Positions 31,065 to 41,692 of a stretch of 64,000 nucleotides of DNA are shown here, piece after piece (the stretch's first letter is position 1; each line of letters opens with the position of its first letter). The notes below the pieces were generated by a model that was given only the letters and a program-made list of their open reading frames with translations, had not been told where the DNA came from and did no database searches. The position numbers were made by a program, and so were the translations under genes. This DNA comes from an uncultured Nitrososphaerota archaeon (lineage in GTDB: Archaea > Asgardarchaeota > Njordarchaeia > Njordarchaeales > Njordarchaeaceae), in NCBI GenBank assembly GCA_964518475.1, contig CAZFGR010000001.1:256001-320000 (forward strand), written 5' to 3'.

Positions 31065-32453
31065 TCATTTTGTTACTTCGTTGATAGTATCTAAAAGCAT
31101 TTTTTTGAATTCTTTATGAATTTCTGTGAGTTTGTCTTTCTTTCTACTCTCCGTCATCATCCTAATAACGGGCTCTGTGTTGCTAGGTCGTATGAGAATG
31201 GATGCGCCTTCTAGATACACTTTAACACCATCTATGGTGCTTACGTCAGAAAACTTGCTCAGTATTTTCTCTTTTAGTTTTTCAATTACGCTCCATTTGA
31301 TAACATCGTCGACTGGGATATTTTCACGAAGAACATAGTACGTACCTATCTCATCGTAAAGTTTGCCTAATGGTTTATTCTCCTTAGTTATTATTGAAGC
31401 TATAGTATATGAAGTAAGCATAGCATCATCATAATAAAAACCGTAGAGAGGTAGGAAGAAATGATAGCTTCCCTCTACTCCTATTTTTGCATTATGCTCC
31501 TTCGCTGCCCGTGCCACAAACACGTCTCCCACTCTGGTCTCTATAGCTTTAATTCCCATTTCCTCAAGCTTTTCTCTTAGTAATGATGAACATTCTGCGT
31601 TATAAACGACTGTATCCCCTGGTTTAAGAAGATTTCTAGCTAATAAAACGCCTATTACCTCCGCTGGAACTACTCTCCCCCTCTCATCAAGTATCACTGC
31701 TCTATCTGCATCACCATCAAATGCTATGCCAATATCCCCCCTCACAGCCTCAATTACTTTTCTCAAATTTTTCAAATCACTATGAACAGGATCAGGTGAT
31801 CCAGAAGGAAATGTTCCATCAACCTGCCCATTTAGGACAATTATTTCATGATACTTACTAAACATTCTTGGAATAACTATTCCTCCGATACCGTTCATTG
31901 TATCTAGTACCACTCTTAGACTATCATTTGGTTGAAGGGGTGTATTCCATACGAAGTCTAAATAATTATTGATTACCTCTTCTCTATCCCCTGTGATAAT
32001 TGTTCCTACTTCATCCCACTCTGCCCATTTAATTTCGTTTCTGAAAAATCGATCCCTAATTTCCTTATTCTCCTCCGCAAAACCAGTACCATCGTTTTTT
32101 CTGAAGCGAATCCCATTCCACTCTGGAGGGTTATGAGAAGCTGTTACGTAGGCTCCTCCATCGGCTTCTTCGCTTTTCCAAACAGCAAAGTAAAATGTCG
32201 AGATCGGTAAAGAATCAAACATAACTACGTCAATACCCGCAGACACAATACCAGCTGCTGCTGCATGGATAAACAGTTTTGTTGATGTTCTCCCATCCCC
32301 GGATATAAAGGCTTTTTTTCCACCCCACTCCTTTATGATATTAGCAAATATTGCTGCGGCTCTTGCGATAATATCTGGAGAAAGCGTCTTGCCGAAAATA
32401 CCTCTAATATCATAAGCTCTAAAAATTGTTTTTAGGTAGTCTTGATACATCAT
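31065..32453 (-). CDS. phosphomannomutase/phosphoglucomutase
   Basis: FRAYDIRG, TASHNP, FDGDADR, RPSNTEP motifs. Confidence 0.93.
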   Translation of the reverse strand: MMYQDYLKTIFRAYDIRGIFGKTLSPDIIARAAAIFANIIKEWGGKKAFISGDGRTSTKLFIHAAAAGIVSAGIDVVMFDSLPISTFYFAVWKSEEADGGAYVTASHNPPEWNGIRFRKNDGTGFAEENKEIRDRFFRNEIKWAEWDEVGTIITGDREEVINNYLDFVWNTPLQPNDSLRVVLDTMNGIGGIVIPRMFSKYHEIIVLNGQVDGTFPSGSPDPVHSDLKNLRKVIEAVRGDIGIAFDGDADRAVILDERGRVVPAEVIGVLLARNLLKPGDTVVYNAECSSLLREKLEEMGIKAIETRVGDVFVARAAKEHNAKIGVEGSYHFFLPLYGFYYDDAMLTSYTIASIITKENKPLGKLYDEIGTYYVLRENIPVDDVIKWSVIEKLKEKILSKFSDVSTIDGVKVYLEGASILIRPSNTEPVIRMMTESRKKDKLTEIHKEFKKMLLDTINEVTK

Positions 32454-32479
32454 TATTTTTCACCAATGGTTGATATAGA

Positions 32480-33037
32480 ATGGCAGAAATTTGGATTTTA
32501 CGTTTAGGGCATAGAAGAAATAGGGATAAAAGAATATCTACTCATGTAGGATTAGTCGCAAGAGCTTTCGGAGCTAATGGCATTATCTTCTCAGGAGACT
32601 ATGATGAAAACGTTCTTGAGAGCATAAAACGTGTTGTAGAAATTTGGGGAGGCCCCTTTGAAGCCATATATGAAAAAGATTGGAAACGCTTAATAATCGC
32701 AAAAAAGGAGGAAGGATTCATAGTTATTCACTTAACAATGTATGGGGAGAATCTACCTGATATTATTGACGAGATTAGAAGACTATTTTACAAGATGAAT
32801 AAATCACTGTTAATAATTGTGGGTGCCGAAAAAGTTCCAGGGATTGTCTACGAGTTAGCGGATTATAATATAGCGATTTCTAATCAACCTCATAGTGAAG
32901 TAGCTGCATTAGCTGTATTCTTAGACTGGTTATTCGAGGGAAAGGAGCTTAAGAGGACTTTTAAGGATGCAAAATTAAAAATCATACCTTGCAAAAAGGG
33001 AAAGAAAGTTTTAAAAGCTTCAACTAATCCTTCGTAG
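32480..33037 (+). CDS. trm56: tRNA (cytidine56-2'-O)-methyltransferase
   Basis: [38 protein letters not shown] motifs. Confidence 0.93.
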   Translation: MAEIWILRLGHRRNRDKRISTHVGLVARAFGANGIIFSGDYDENVLESIKRVVEIWGGPFEAIYEKDWKRLIIAKKEEGFIVIHLTMYGENLPDIIDEIRRLFYKMNKSLLIIVGAEKVPGIVYELADYNIAISNQPHSEVAALAVFLDWLFEGKELKRTFKDAKLKIIPCKKGKKVLKASTNPS

Positions 33038-33095
33038 ATAATTAGCTCCTTTTCCCTATGGGTACTAATACTAAATTAAAACAAGGAGGTGACTT

Positions 33096-34760
33096 ATCTT
33101 CAAGCTTTGGTTAGTCACATCTGCTTTACCCTATGCGAACGGCGAGCTCCATATTGGTCATATTCGTTCTACGTATCTCCCTGCAGATATATTTACGCGC
33201 TTTCTTAAGATGAGAGGTTTTGATGCTTATCACGTATGCGGCACCGATGAGCATGGAACGCCCATACTAGCGCGAGCTATAGAGGAGAAGAAGACTCCCA
33301 AAGAAATCGTTGATTACTATTATCAAATAATCAAACGTTCATTAGAGAAAACCCATATACATTTTGATATATTCTCCAGGACAACGAAACCTCATCACTA
33401 CAAGATGACACAGAAGTTTTATGAAAGGGCAAAAAAAGCGGGCTACATCTACATGAAAGAGATACCTATTTTATATTGCGAAGTAGATAGGATAGCATTG
33501 CCAGATAGATTAGTAAAGGGAAATTGCCCATACTGTGGTGCCCCTAACCAATACGGGGATCATTGCGAAGTATGTGGTAGAACATATTCTGCTTTTCAAT
33601 TAAAGAACCCTCGATGTTCGATATGCAATAATCAGCCAGTAATCAAGTATAGCAAGCATGCATTCTTTGCACTAAGTGAGTTCTCAGAAAGACTGGAAAA
33701 ATGGGTAAAAGAAGAAGTTAAATTGACACGAGGAGTCAGAGAACACGTCCTTCATTGGATTAGAGAAAAATTACAGGACTGGGATATAACACGTGATATT
33801 AGTTGGGGAGTCCCTGTTCCAGATATACCTAATCAAGTATTTTACGTATGGTGGGATGCGCCAATCGGCTACGTATCGTTTACAAAAGAACTATTCGGTG
33901 AAATAGGTAAAGATTGGGAACGTATCTGGATTGATGGAGAGGGACGGATCGTTCATTTTATCGGCAAAGATATAATCTATCATCATGTGCTCTTTTGGCC
34001 AGCAATGCTTATGGCAAACGAATTTGCTCTACCCAATGAGATAAGAGTACGCGGTTTTGCTACTTTAGAAGGCCAGAAAATGAGTAAGAGTCGGGGCATA
34101 TACATCGGATTAGAGGAGTTCATGGATTATTGGCCCGCAGAGTACTTACGATTTTACTGGGCCTTGACTACTCCTGAAAGTCTTGACGATGGTGATTTTA
34201 GTCTCCGCGAGTATCAGGAAAAAATAAACAAAACATTGATTGGAGAAGTCGGTAATTTTGTTCATCGAGTATTGACATTAATAAAACGGGGAAATATACA
34301 AAGTGGATCTGTTGATAAAGGGCTACAGAATAAGGTTTTAAACCTCGTTAAAGACTATGAAACAAAAATGCTAGATAATAAATTCGACGCCGCTATAGAA
34401 GTAATGCTTGAAATTGCACGAATAGGAAACAGGACACTTAGCATTACTGAACCTTGGAAAAACTTATCGAGCGAAACTTCCAGAAAGGTACTCGTAACAC
34501 TATTTAACTTTACTAGACTCCTCTCCGTACTCCTTACTCCAATACTACCAGAATCCAGCAAGAAAATGCGTAAGATGCTTGGAATAGTCGAAGATGCGAA
34601 AACAGCTTATGAATTCATTTTAAATACTCTCGATACTGATGCTACAATAAGTATTATAAGAAAGTTTTTAACCCAGACCAAGAAGATAGAACCTCTCTTT
34701 AAGAAAATAGCAAAAGAAGATATAGAGAAAATCCGTCTAAAGCTCGGAACCTCCACATAA
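33096..34760 (+). CDS. metG: methionyl-tRNA synthetase; N-terminus extends upstream of the track ATG
   Basis: The in-frame region upstream of ATG 33210 encodes WLVTSALPYANGELHIGH. Also GTDEHG, Zn knuckles, YVWWDA, KMSKS. In-frame TGA at 33090; candidate start ATC 33096. Confidence 0.93.
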   Translation: MFKLWLVTSALPYANGELHIGHIRSTYLPADIFTRFLKMRGFDAYHVCGTDEHGTPILARAIEEKKTPKEIVDYYYQIIKRSLEKTHIHFDIFSRTTKPHHYKMTQKFYERAKKAGYIYMKEIPILYCEVDRIALPDRLVKGNCPYCGAPNQYGDHCEVCGRTYSAFQLKNPRCSICNNQPVIKYSKHAFFALSEFSERLEKWVKEEVKLTRGVREHVLHWIREKLQDWDITRDISWGVPVPDIPNQVFYVWWDAPIGYVSFTKELFGEIGKDWERIWIDGEGRIVHFIGKDIIYHHVLFWPAMLMANEFALPNEIRVRGFATLEGQKMSKSRGIYIGLEEFMDYWPAEYLRFYWALTTPESLDDGDFSLREYQEKINKTLIGEVGNFVHRVLTLIKRGNIQSGSVDKGLQNKVLNLVKDYETKMLDNKFDAAIEVMLEIARIGNRTLSITEPWKNLSSETSRKVLVTLFNFTRLLSVLLTPILPESSKKMRKMLGIVEDAKTAYEFILNTLDTDATISIIRKFLTQTKKIEPLFKKIAKEDIEKIRLKLGTST

Positions 34761-34788
34761 TCTTCAAAACATAATTATTCAATAAAAC

Positions 34789-35883
34789 TTGAGGGAGAAG
34801 AAAATGCGAATCAATTATTTACTCAAATGGTTAGATTCTCCAGTACCCGGGCGTAGAAGAAAGGCCTTAGAGCAACTCACAAAACATGCTATAAGAACAC
34901 CATCTCAAATAGACCAAATATATCCACGAATAAAGCAATTAATAAAAGATTCAGATTGGAGCGTACGGAGCACATTGTTAAAATCATTGACAGAGCTAGC
35001 TTTGGTAAAGCAAGAGATATTACCAGAGACTCTTGAGGTTATCAAAGAATCCATTAACGATGAATTTCCGAACGTAAGGAGCACAGCCATCTTTTGTCTG
35101 GCCAAATTAATTGCTAAGTACAAAGACCTCGCCCAGGATACACACACTATTGACACAGCACTAGAACGTTTAAGAGACGAAAATAATAATGTAAAAGAAG
35201 CAGCTTTAAGGTTATTATTAGAATTATCACGGATAAACTCGGATATTCTTCAGAAAAAATTCAATGAGGTATATGGTTTAGCAAATCACGAGATTGCTAG
35301 TATTAGAAAACGTGTATTAGAAGTATTTAACGAGAATTTCGAAAATATTCCAGAAGACCAGTTAGCAAATGTCATCTCGCTTTATTACGAAAAACTAAAG
35401 GATCCTGATTACTTTGTCCGCGAATATGCACTAAAGGGCTTTTGCCGATTGGTAGAACTCGATAAGGTAAAAATTGATGAGACTCTAATAAGAGAAGTTA
35501 GGAAGAGGCTCAGAGATCTCTACATTCCAGTTAAGAGAGCAACCATTGAGCTAATTAGAAAGATCTTAGACAAGAACATCTTTTACGCAGATAACTTTCT
35601 TGACATCATTTCTAATGAGATTTTATTAAAAGAGAAGAGCCTAAACTTTAAGCTTGAGGTCTTAAGGTTATTGTACGACTATATCGATAAAATACCCCAA
35701 GGGATCATTCATAAGCATAACATTCCGCGATCTCTAGATAAACTAGAGAAAGCTACTGTAGAAAAATCAGCAAAACGAGAAGAAATTAAAAAACTTGCTC
35801 GTGTAATTCTTGAACAGAAACTCGGATATACTGTTGAAATACGAAGAAAGAAATTCGGAGAACCAGATCAAAAAGAGAAATAA
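34789..35883 (+). CDS. HEAT-repeat protein
   Basis: Repeated L.D....VR..A units (IKDSDWSVR, INDEFPNVR, LRDENNNVK, LKDPDYFVR, LRDLYIPVK). Confidence 0.85.
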   Translation: MREKKMRINYLLKWLDSPVPGRRRKALEQLTKHAIRTPSQIDQIYPRIKQLIKDSDWSVRSTLLKSLTELALVKQEILPETLEVIKESINDEFPNVRSTAIFCLAKLIAKYKDLAQDTHTIDTALERLRDENNNVKEAALRLLLELSRINSDILQKKFNEVYGLANHEIASIRKRVLEVFNENFENIPEDQLANVISLYYEKLKDPDYFVREYALKGFCRLVELDKVKIDETLIREVRKRLRDLYIPVKRATIELIRKILDKNIFYADNFLDIISNEILLKEKSLNFKLEVLRLLYDYIDKIPQGIIHKHNIPRSLDKLEKATVEKSAKREEIKKLARVILEQKLGYTVEIRRKKFGEPDQKEK

Positions 35884-35895
35884 AACTACTATTCA

Positions 35896-37806
35896 TTATA
35901 CTCCTCCGAAGAATTTATCTAGCGTTACTCTCTCTTCCTCCTTCTTTTTGGCTCTTGTTTTCTCTTTCGTTTTCTTCTCCTTTTCTTCCTCTTCTCGTTC
36001 ACTAACTTTTTCCTCTTTTACCTGTGCACTCGGTATTGGTACGATGGATTCTACTCTCGGACCTATCTTGCTTAATGCGTCCTCATATGCTTTCAGAACT
36101 TCTTTCTCAATACTGCTTCTCTCTTTTTTTCTTCCAAAAACATATCTCATGAAAATACTAATTGTTTCCTTAGGAATCTGTAATCTAGCGAATAACCGGC
36201 CTATAATATCCGGTCTTTGTTGAGCAAGGTATGCTAAGAAGCGAAGCTCTCTTCTCGCTCTCTTCCTCGAAATATGCGTATACTTTGCGTATCTTTCTAG
36301 CAATGGTCTTAGTCCTAGTTTTTTAGTGCTGATTTCTTCCGTTTCCTCGGATTCCTCTTCTGCTTCTTCTTCTATCTCACCCTCCATTAGTTTCTTCATT
36401 TTATAAAGTTCTTCAACAATTGTGGGCTTATTTACCCTAATTTTCCTGAGCTCCCACACATTTTTCGCTTGCTTACCATATTTAGCCATAGCCGTTGCTA
36501 AGACGTTCATGGCATCTCTATAAGCGATTTTCCAATTCATTGTTCTAGCGCCGATTTTATAAAGATAGTCTGCTAGAGCTAATTCATTGTAGAAATTAAA
36601 GAGCCCTTTAGAACGATCTATAAATGCGTAAGCATTTTCCCAGACCCATAAGATTAATTCCCATGGATCCACGTCCGTAGCTGCGCTTAGATATCTCTGT
36701 ACTCGCGAGATAGTCTCATCTAAAGTTCTCCCTTTAAAGCCAAAGGCGTATCTTATAGCATCCTGCAAGCTAAGCATTTCTTCATGAAAGATATCTGGTA
36801 AGACACCCGTATGATAATAAACTTCTAATGCTTCCACGATTGTTCTAAAGTCGGGTGCGTATTTAGCTAAGAAATTGATTATTTGCTCTGGCACCTCCAT
36901 CTTCATTCTAGCCATTATGCGTTTGATCAGAGCTTTTGCTTGATATTCCTGAGGCCTATCAAAGAATACTGTTAAACACTTTGTCATGAGTGCTCTAACT
37001 TTCCTGTCATGAATAACATTAGCTGTTAGTATCAGAGGTAATCGAATATCATCAAGCAATCTCATGAGAGCCGAAAAACCACCACGATCATCTCTACTAG
37101 ATAATCCATCCACTTCATCTAACAGTATAATTCTAGGTGGTTTTGTTGGATCGCCTCCAATAATGAAACCTGCGCTTTTAAGGGCCTCTTTCACGATTTC
37201 TCGTACAATACTACCACTTCGTTTATCACTAGCATTAAATTCAACTACCATAACTCCCTCTTGCCAAGCTAAAGCATAAGCTGTTGATGTTTTTCCAGTA
37301 CCAGGAGGACCTACTAAGAGTAGCGGTTTATAAGGTGGAAGAGGTGGTATAGCGGGAGGTGTAATGCTCTCCTTCACTTGTGAGAGAAATTTTCCCCATA
37401 CTTTATCTAGCCACTTCTTTATCTCTCTAAAAGCTGTTGGTTTAAGAGTTGTTGTTAATTCCTTCCCTTCTTCCTTAAATAAGGTAGTATGGCTTGTTGG
37501 TATTTCACCTCTACTAGGTACCCCTGCCCATTTCTCGAATTCTTGTTGAAATAGTGATTTCCATTTTTGTAAATATTTACTTGCCCATTCCTTTCCCTGC
37601 TGTGTTTTAAGAAATTCAATCCATTTGGTCCTCTCTTCAGAATTCCAGATTCTAAAGATGTTCCAGAGAATTATCCATGCCCGCCACCAGTTTAATATCT
37701 GTGTTCTTTGTCTATTTGTTATTATAACTTCGTAAAGAGATCTCGGTCTAAAAAGCTCTGTCCATGGAATCCTTCTCTGTAACTGATGAGCCAAAGTTAT
37801 CACCAA
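35896..37806 (-). CDS. rfcL: replication factor C large subunit-like, with Trp-rich insertion
   Basis: [32 protein letters not shown]-terminal PIP-like VTLDKFF; downstream of rfcS. Confidence 0.88.
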   Translation of the reverse strand: MVITLAHQLQRRIPWTELFRPRSLYEVIITNRQRTQILNWWRAWIILWNIFRIWNSEERTKWIEFLKTQQGKEWASKYLQKWKSLFQQEFEKWAGVPSRGEIPTSHTTLFKEEGKELTTTLKPTAFREIKKWLDKVWGKFLSQVKESITPPAIPPLPPYKPLLLVGPPGTGKTSTAYALAWQEGVMVVEFNASDKRSGSIVREIVKEALKSAGFIIGGDPTKPPRIILLDEVDGLSSRDDRGGFSALMRLLDDIRLPLILTANVIHDRKVRALMTKCLTVFFDRPQEYQAKALIKRIMARMKMEVPEQIINFLAKYAPDFRTIVEALEVYYHTGVLPDIFHEEMLSLQDAIRYAFGFKGRTLDETISRVQRYLSAATDVDPWELILWVWENAYAFIDRSKGLFNFYNELALADYLYKIGARTMNWKIAYRDAMNVLATAMAKYGKQAKNVWELRKIRVNKPTIVEELYKMKKLMEGEIEEEAEEESEETEEISTKKLGLRPLLERYAKYTHISRKRARRELRFLAYLAQQRPDIIGRLFARLQIPKETISIFMRYVFGRKKERSSIEKEVLKAYEDALSKIGPRVESIVPIPSAQVKEEKVSEREEEEKEKKTKEKTRAKKKEEERVTLDKFFGGV

Positions 37807-37955
37807 ATATTTCTAGGCATTCTCAACTTAACTAATTTATTAAGACCTTTCTGGCGTTTTAATATTATTCACAAACGTATAAAAAGGAGAGAGAGAGAGA
37901 CAAAGTCTAGATTCTCGGAGTCCTGGTCTATGTTCTGTACGACTAGCGCCACTTT

Positions 37956-38963
37956 CTAATGTGTCTTTCTTTTATATTTCGCACCTAAGTCAGCTATATA
38001 GGCTAGCAGAGCCGTTAATTGCAGGTAATCTGTGGCCCCCTGAGAAATTCTGAAGTCTAGGTCGCTGAGAAATCTTAAGAGACTAATTTTATCTTCGGAT
38101 TCTATGGGAATTACACCCCTATTAATTGCTCTGAAGAATTCTGCTAGTAGATCCTCTCCGGAGACTCCCTCTTCCACAAGTGCATTGATTAGTTGTTTTC
38201 TAGCCTCTTCGAATTTTCCTTCAAATGCTAGTTTTATCATCTCTTCTACCTTCTCAGGATAAACTAATCCCGCTGTTCTATATACTACTTCTCTAGTCAC
38301 AGGCACACCTAGATAGGCTACGCTTTGGAGAAGATTTATGGCCTTTCTTAAATCACCTTCGCTTATCTCCATAATAGCCTCTAGACCATCATCCCTTAAG
38401 TCAACGTTTTCTTGCTCAGCTATAAACCGTAATCGTTTAATTATCGCTTCTTTTGGTAATCTCTTGAATTTGAATACAGCTGTTCTTGATTGAATAGGTT
38501 CGATTATTCTCGATGGATAATTGCATATAAGGATAAACCTTGTTATGTCAGCATAGTTCTCCATTGTCCTTCTGAGAGCATGTTGAGCCTCTCTTGTCAT
38601 CATATCAGCTTCGTCTAGTATCAGAATCTTATATGGAATTTCCCCTGTTATTCTAGATCTAGCAAAGTCCTTTAATTTTGTTCGTACCATCTCTATACCA
38701 CGTTCATCTGACGCATTCAGTTCAAGAACAAAGTTCCGCCAATTTTCGCCATACAAGTCGTGAGCTAGAGCTAAAGCAGCTGTTGTTTTTCCCGTACCCG
38801 GAGGGCCTGCAAAGAGCATATTAGGGATATTTTTTGATTCAACAAATTTTTTCAGCGCTTGGACAACCTCTTCTTGATCCACAATCTCATCTAATGTTTT
38901 TGGTCTGTACTTCTCAACCCATAAAACCTCTTCCAATTCCATTTTGCTCATAGAACCCACCAT
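37956..38963 (-). CDS. rfcS: replication factor C small subunit
   Basis: [39 protein letters not shown] motifs. Confidence 0.96.
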   Translation of the reverse strand: MVGSMSKMELEEVLWVEKYRPKTLDEIVDQEEVVQALKKFVESKNIPNMLFAGPPGTGKTTAALALAHDLYGENWRNFVLELNASDERGIEMVRTKLKDFARSRITGEIPYKILILDEADMMTREAQHALRRTMENYADITRFILICNYPSRIIEPIQSRTAVFKFKRLPKEAIIKRLRFIAEQENVDLRDDGLEAIMEISEGDLRKAINLLQSVAYLGVPVTREVVYRTAGLVYPEKVEEMIKLAFEGKFEEARKQLINALVEEGVSGEDLLAEFFRAINRGVIPIESEDKISLLRFLSDLDFRISQGATDYLQLTALLAYIADLGAKYKRKTH

Positions 38964-39205
38964 ACCCTATCACTATGAGATTGAAAAATTATATCGAAAT
39001 AAGAAAATTATTTTATAACCCAAAAATTTTCTTATGAGATCCTTTCGATGATATAGTTACCGAGAAATAATTAGATGAAATTAGATTGATAATTCTTGAA
39101 TAGTATCACTAGTTAAATAACCAACTAGCTGTTCATATTTCGCTATTACATGATACTTAGGGATAGTTTCTTGGCCATCAACTGCTTGAAATAAAGGGAG
39201 TTCGA

Positions 39206-39550
39206 TTGTTCAATGAGCAGTTAACAGTAGACCTTTACGAAATAAAGTTCCCAGGCAAGATAGTTGGTAAGGAAGTTATAGATCAGGAAGCAAAACGATT
39301 GGGTATAGTCAAAAATATTCGGTTGAAAACCCCTCCATTACGACTATTTCTTGTAGTAAGAAATAAAGATATTGATGTAGAGATTCCATTTGAACACGTA
39401 GACAAGATTGGAAAAAACATTATAAAACTGCGTAAAGTGATGGATGTTGAGGAACTCTCCGTTGAAGAAGCAATAAAAATACTTGAAAATGTTAAGACAG
39501 AGATAATTACTGACGTTCATCTTTTAATAAATGGCAGAAAAGATATATAA
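39206..39550 (+). CDS. PRC-barrel domain protein
   Basis: IVGKEVIDQEAKRLGIV...EIPFEHVDKIG pattern. Confidence 0.7.
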   Translation: MFNEQLTVDLYEIKFPGKIVGKEVIDQEAKRLGIVKNIRLKTPPLRLFLVVRNKDIDVEIPFEHVDKIGKNIIKLRKVMDVEELSVEEAIKILENVKTEIITDVHLLINGRKDI

Positions 39551-39565
39551 AATAATAGTTAGAAA

Positions 39566-39931
39566 TCATAGGAATATCTGGAATTCTATCTCTGAACCAT
39601 CCGTAAGTTTCAACTTCTTTCTTAAATTAATCGGTGCGACGATTTCTATCACATTCTCTGGATGCACGCTTTTCTGAGGTCTTATCACTACAATAGGGAT
39701 TTCCCCTATTTTGCCAGTAGCATATCTTATTGTTCCATATTCCATAGGAGTATATGTATGAGGAAGAATCTCGCTCGTTTTTTTACCGTCAATTATAACA
39801 TTAAGTGTACCAGGAAATGGATGCGCTTTTAGCACCTTCTTGAAAAAATTCAAATATTGGGGTCTTGTAACATAGTATGCGCCTTTTCCAACGCCACTAG
39901 TCACACGACCTCGAATTTTAAGAGTCTTCAT
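39566..39931 (-). CDS. ribK: CTP-dependent riboflavin kinase (no HTH domain)
   Basis: GRVTSGVGKGAYY, PFPGTLNV, EIVAPINLR motifs. Confidence 0.9.
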   Translation of the reverse strand: MKTLKIRGRVTSGVGKGAYYVTRPQYLNFFKKVLKAHPFPGTLNVIIDGKKTSEILPHTYTPMEYGTIRYATGKIGEIPIVVIRPQKSVHPENVIEIVAPINLRKKLKLTDGSEIEFQIFL

Positions 39932-40187
39932 AATATCATCCCATAAGATCTCTGATACGGCTATATCTTACAGTCGTATTACGTTAATATAATTTCTAAA
40001 AACTCTAGACTGGGGTCAAGAATTAATACTTATCTCGTGGATGGCGGAACGATTATTAATTTTCCGGAGCAATACTTAATATTCTTGATGACTAAACCTA
40101 GTTAATCCTCATATGATTATTGTTGCTAAAAATGGCCAACAATACTTCTTAAAAAACGTTTTTATAAAAATTGCATAGTGAAGTATT

Positions 40188-40928
40188 ATGCAAATAGTTA
40201 GATTCTGGATTAAAGTTCGTGATATTGCAGATATCGCTAGATTATTGTATATGCTCTCGAGCTCTTCAAAAAAATATCCTTATGTATTCTTAGAACAGTG
40301 TTCCAAAGAAATTTCAAGAATTGTTACTCTCGTAGCTTATCCAAAATTAATGCACCCTAGTCTCCTTTTGATATTTCTATACACTGATATCAAAAGACAT
40401 TATGAGTTAGAGAAGCGAGGCTATTTAAGGTATCTAGCGGCTCCTAGAGAAATGCTTAGCGTGAGGAAAAATATTGATGCCCTCGGATATTATATTCCAA
40501 TAATTAAATCGAAGAGATCATTAAGGCTGTTTATCATGGATTTTTCCGATAAGAAAACCGTGGTAAATCCTAAGAAAACGTCTCAAATAAATATTGAAGT
40601 GTTAAAATTGCCTTTCATAGAACATATGAGGTTGCTAATTGAAAAATTTGAATACGATAGAGTTGTCTATAAACTAGAGCAAGCTAACGAGACTTTTTTA
40701 TTTAGTTTTGTGGAAAAAACATCTCCAAGCGGCTCTCCTGTGCAAATATTAGTGAGTAATACAAATAAAGAATTAAAGACTCCATTTATCACCTTAAACC
40801 AGTATGGGGAAATAATAACATGCCGTGGGGAAGAGCATAGCAAGTTTACATATATTGCCTTAATAAATGTCGTAAAGATTCCAGAAGAATTAAGAACATT
40901 ACTCATGTCTTACTCTACTAGTTTCTAA
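40188..40928 (+). CDS. hypothetical protein
   Basis: 246-aa ORF; no motif recognised. Confidence 0.55.
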   Translation: MQIVRFWIKVRDIADIARLLYMLSSSSKKYPYVFLEQCSKEISRIVTLVAYPKLMHPSLLLIFLYTDIKRHYELEKRGYLRYLAAPREMLSVRKNIDALGYYIPIIKSKRSLRLFIMDFSDKKTVVNPKKTSQINIEVLKLPFIEHMRLLIEKFEYDRVVYKLEQANETFLFSFVEKTSPSGSPVQILVSNTNKELKTPFITLNQYGEIITCRGEEHSKFTYIALINVVKIPEELRTLLMSYSTSF

Positions 40929-41692
40929 ATGAATTTCCCTTTAATGAATCTTAGTGTTGTAAACGTTTCTGACAAAGAGTCTGAAAAAATGACAATTAAT
41001 ACTCTGAGATCTCTACGGATCTTGTTAAGGAACAATCTTGTGTCAATGAATTGCTCCCAAATACCACCTAAAGCAGGCACTACTCCCTCCTGATCCCATA
41101 TACTTACTGTTGGCCCAAAATATCTTTGCTCATATTTTGCTTTCTCATTTTTAATAAACGCTCTAACTTGATTAACGACGAAGACTGTGCTTCCTTTTTT
41201 TACTAAACTTCGTAAAATCTCTCCAACGATGCATATTGCCTTGTGAAGTTCATAAATGCTTTCTTCGCCCGTATCCATTAATTCAGCAAGAGCGTTTGGA
41301 AAAGAATCAATCACTATTATATTTTCTTCGCTAGACAAACTCTTTGTAAGATTTGTAATTTTATGAAGAAAATCCGATAAATCAATAGGCCTGTAAACAT
41401 AGATCCTTTTCAGAATGTTTTCAATTTTTTCTGAAGTCATTAATTCTTGCAACAATGTCAGTTCAAATACTTTATCCACATCAAAATACCAAGCGAGAAC
41501 TTTTTCATTCCTATAGAGATAATTTAGTATTATCTGTTGTATAAGTCTGGTTTTTCCCACGCCAGCAGGCCCACATATTTCAATAATTTCATTAAAGGGG
41601 ATGCCCCCTATGGAATCGATACTCGGAATTCCTATCTTTACTTTTCTCGTAATTTGTTTGCACAGATTTTTCTCGAAAATCCATTTAACCAT
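40925..41692 (-). CDS. RecA/Rad51 paralogue (RadB / RAD51-paralogue-like)
   Basis: EICGPAGVGKT, IVIDS, VVNQV, VPALGGIW..FIDTRLFL; no N-terminal HhH domain. Confidence 0.82.
   Translation of the reverse strand: MVKWIFEKNLCKQITRKVKIGIPSIDSIGGIPFNEIIEICGPAGVGKTRLIQQIILNYLYRNEKVLAWYFDVDKVFELTLLQELMTSEKIENILKRIYVYRPIDLSDFLHKITNLTKSLSSEENIIVIDSFPNALAELMDTGEESIYELHKAICIVGEILRSLVKKGSTVFVVNQVRAFIKNEKAKYEQRYFGPTVSIWDQEGVVPALGGIWEQFIDTRLFLNKIRRDLRVLIVIFSDSLSETFTTLRFIKGKFI

Noticed and set aside
37335-37690. Intein in rfcL
   Set aside because: No N-terminal Cys/Ser block, no C-terminal His-Asn and no LAGLIDADG motif; treated as a plain insertion.
37886-37900. (GA)n microsatellite between rfcS and rfcL
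   Set aside because: Short; more simply a pyrimidine-rich terminator-like tract on the minus strand.
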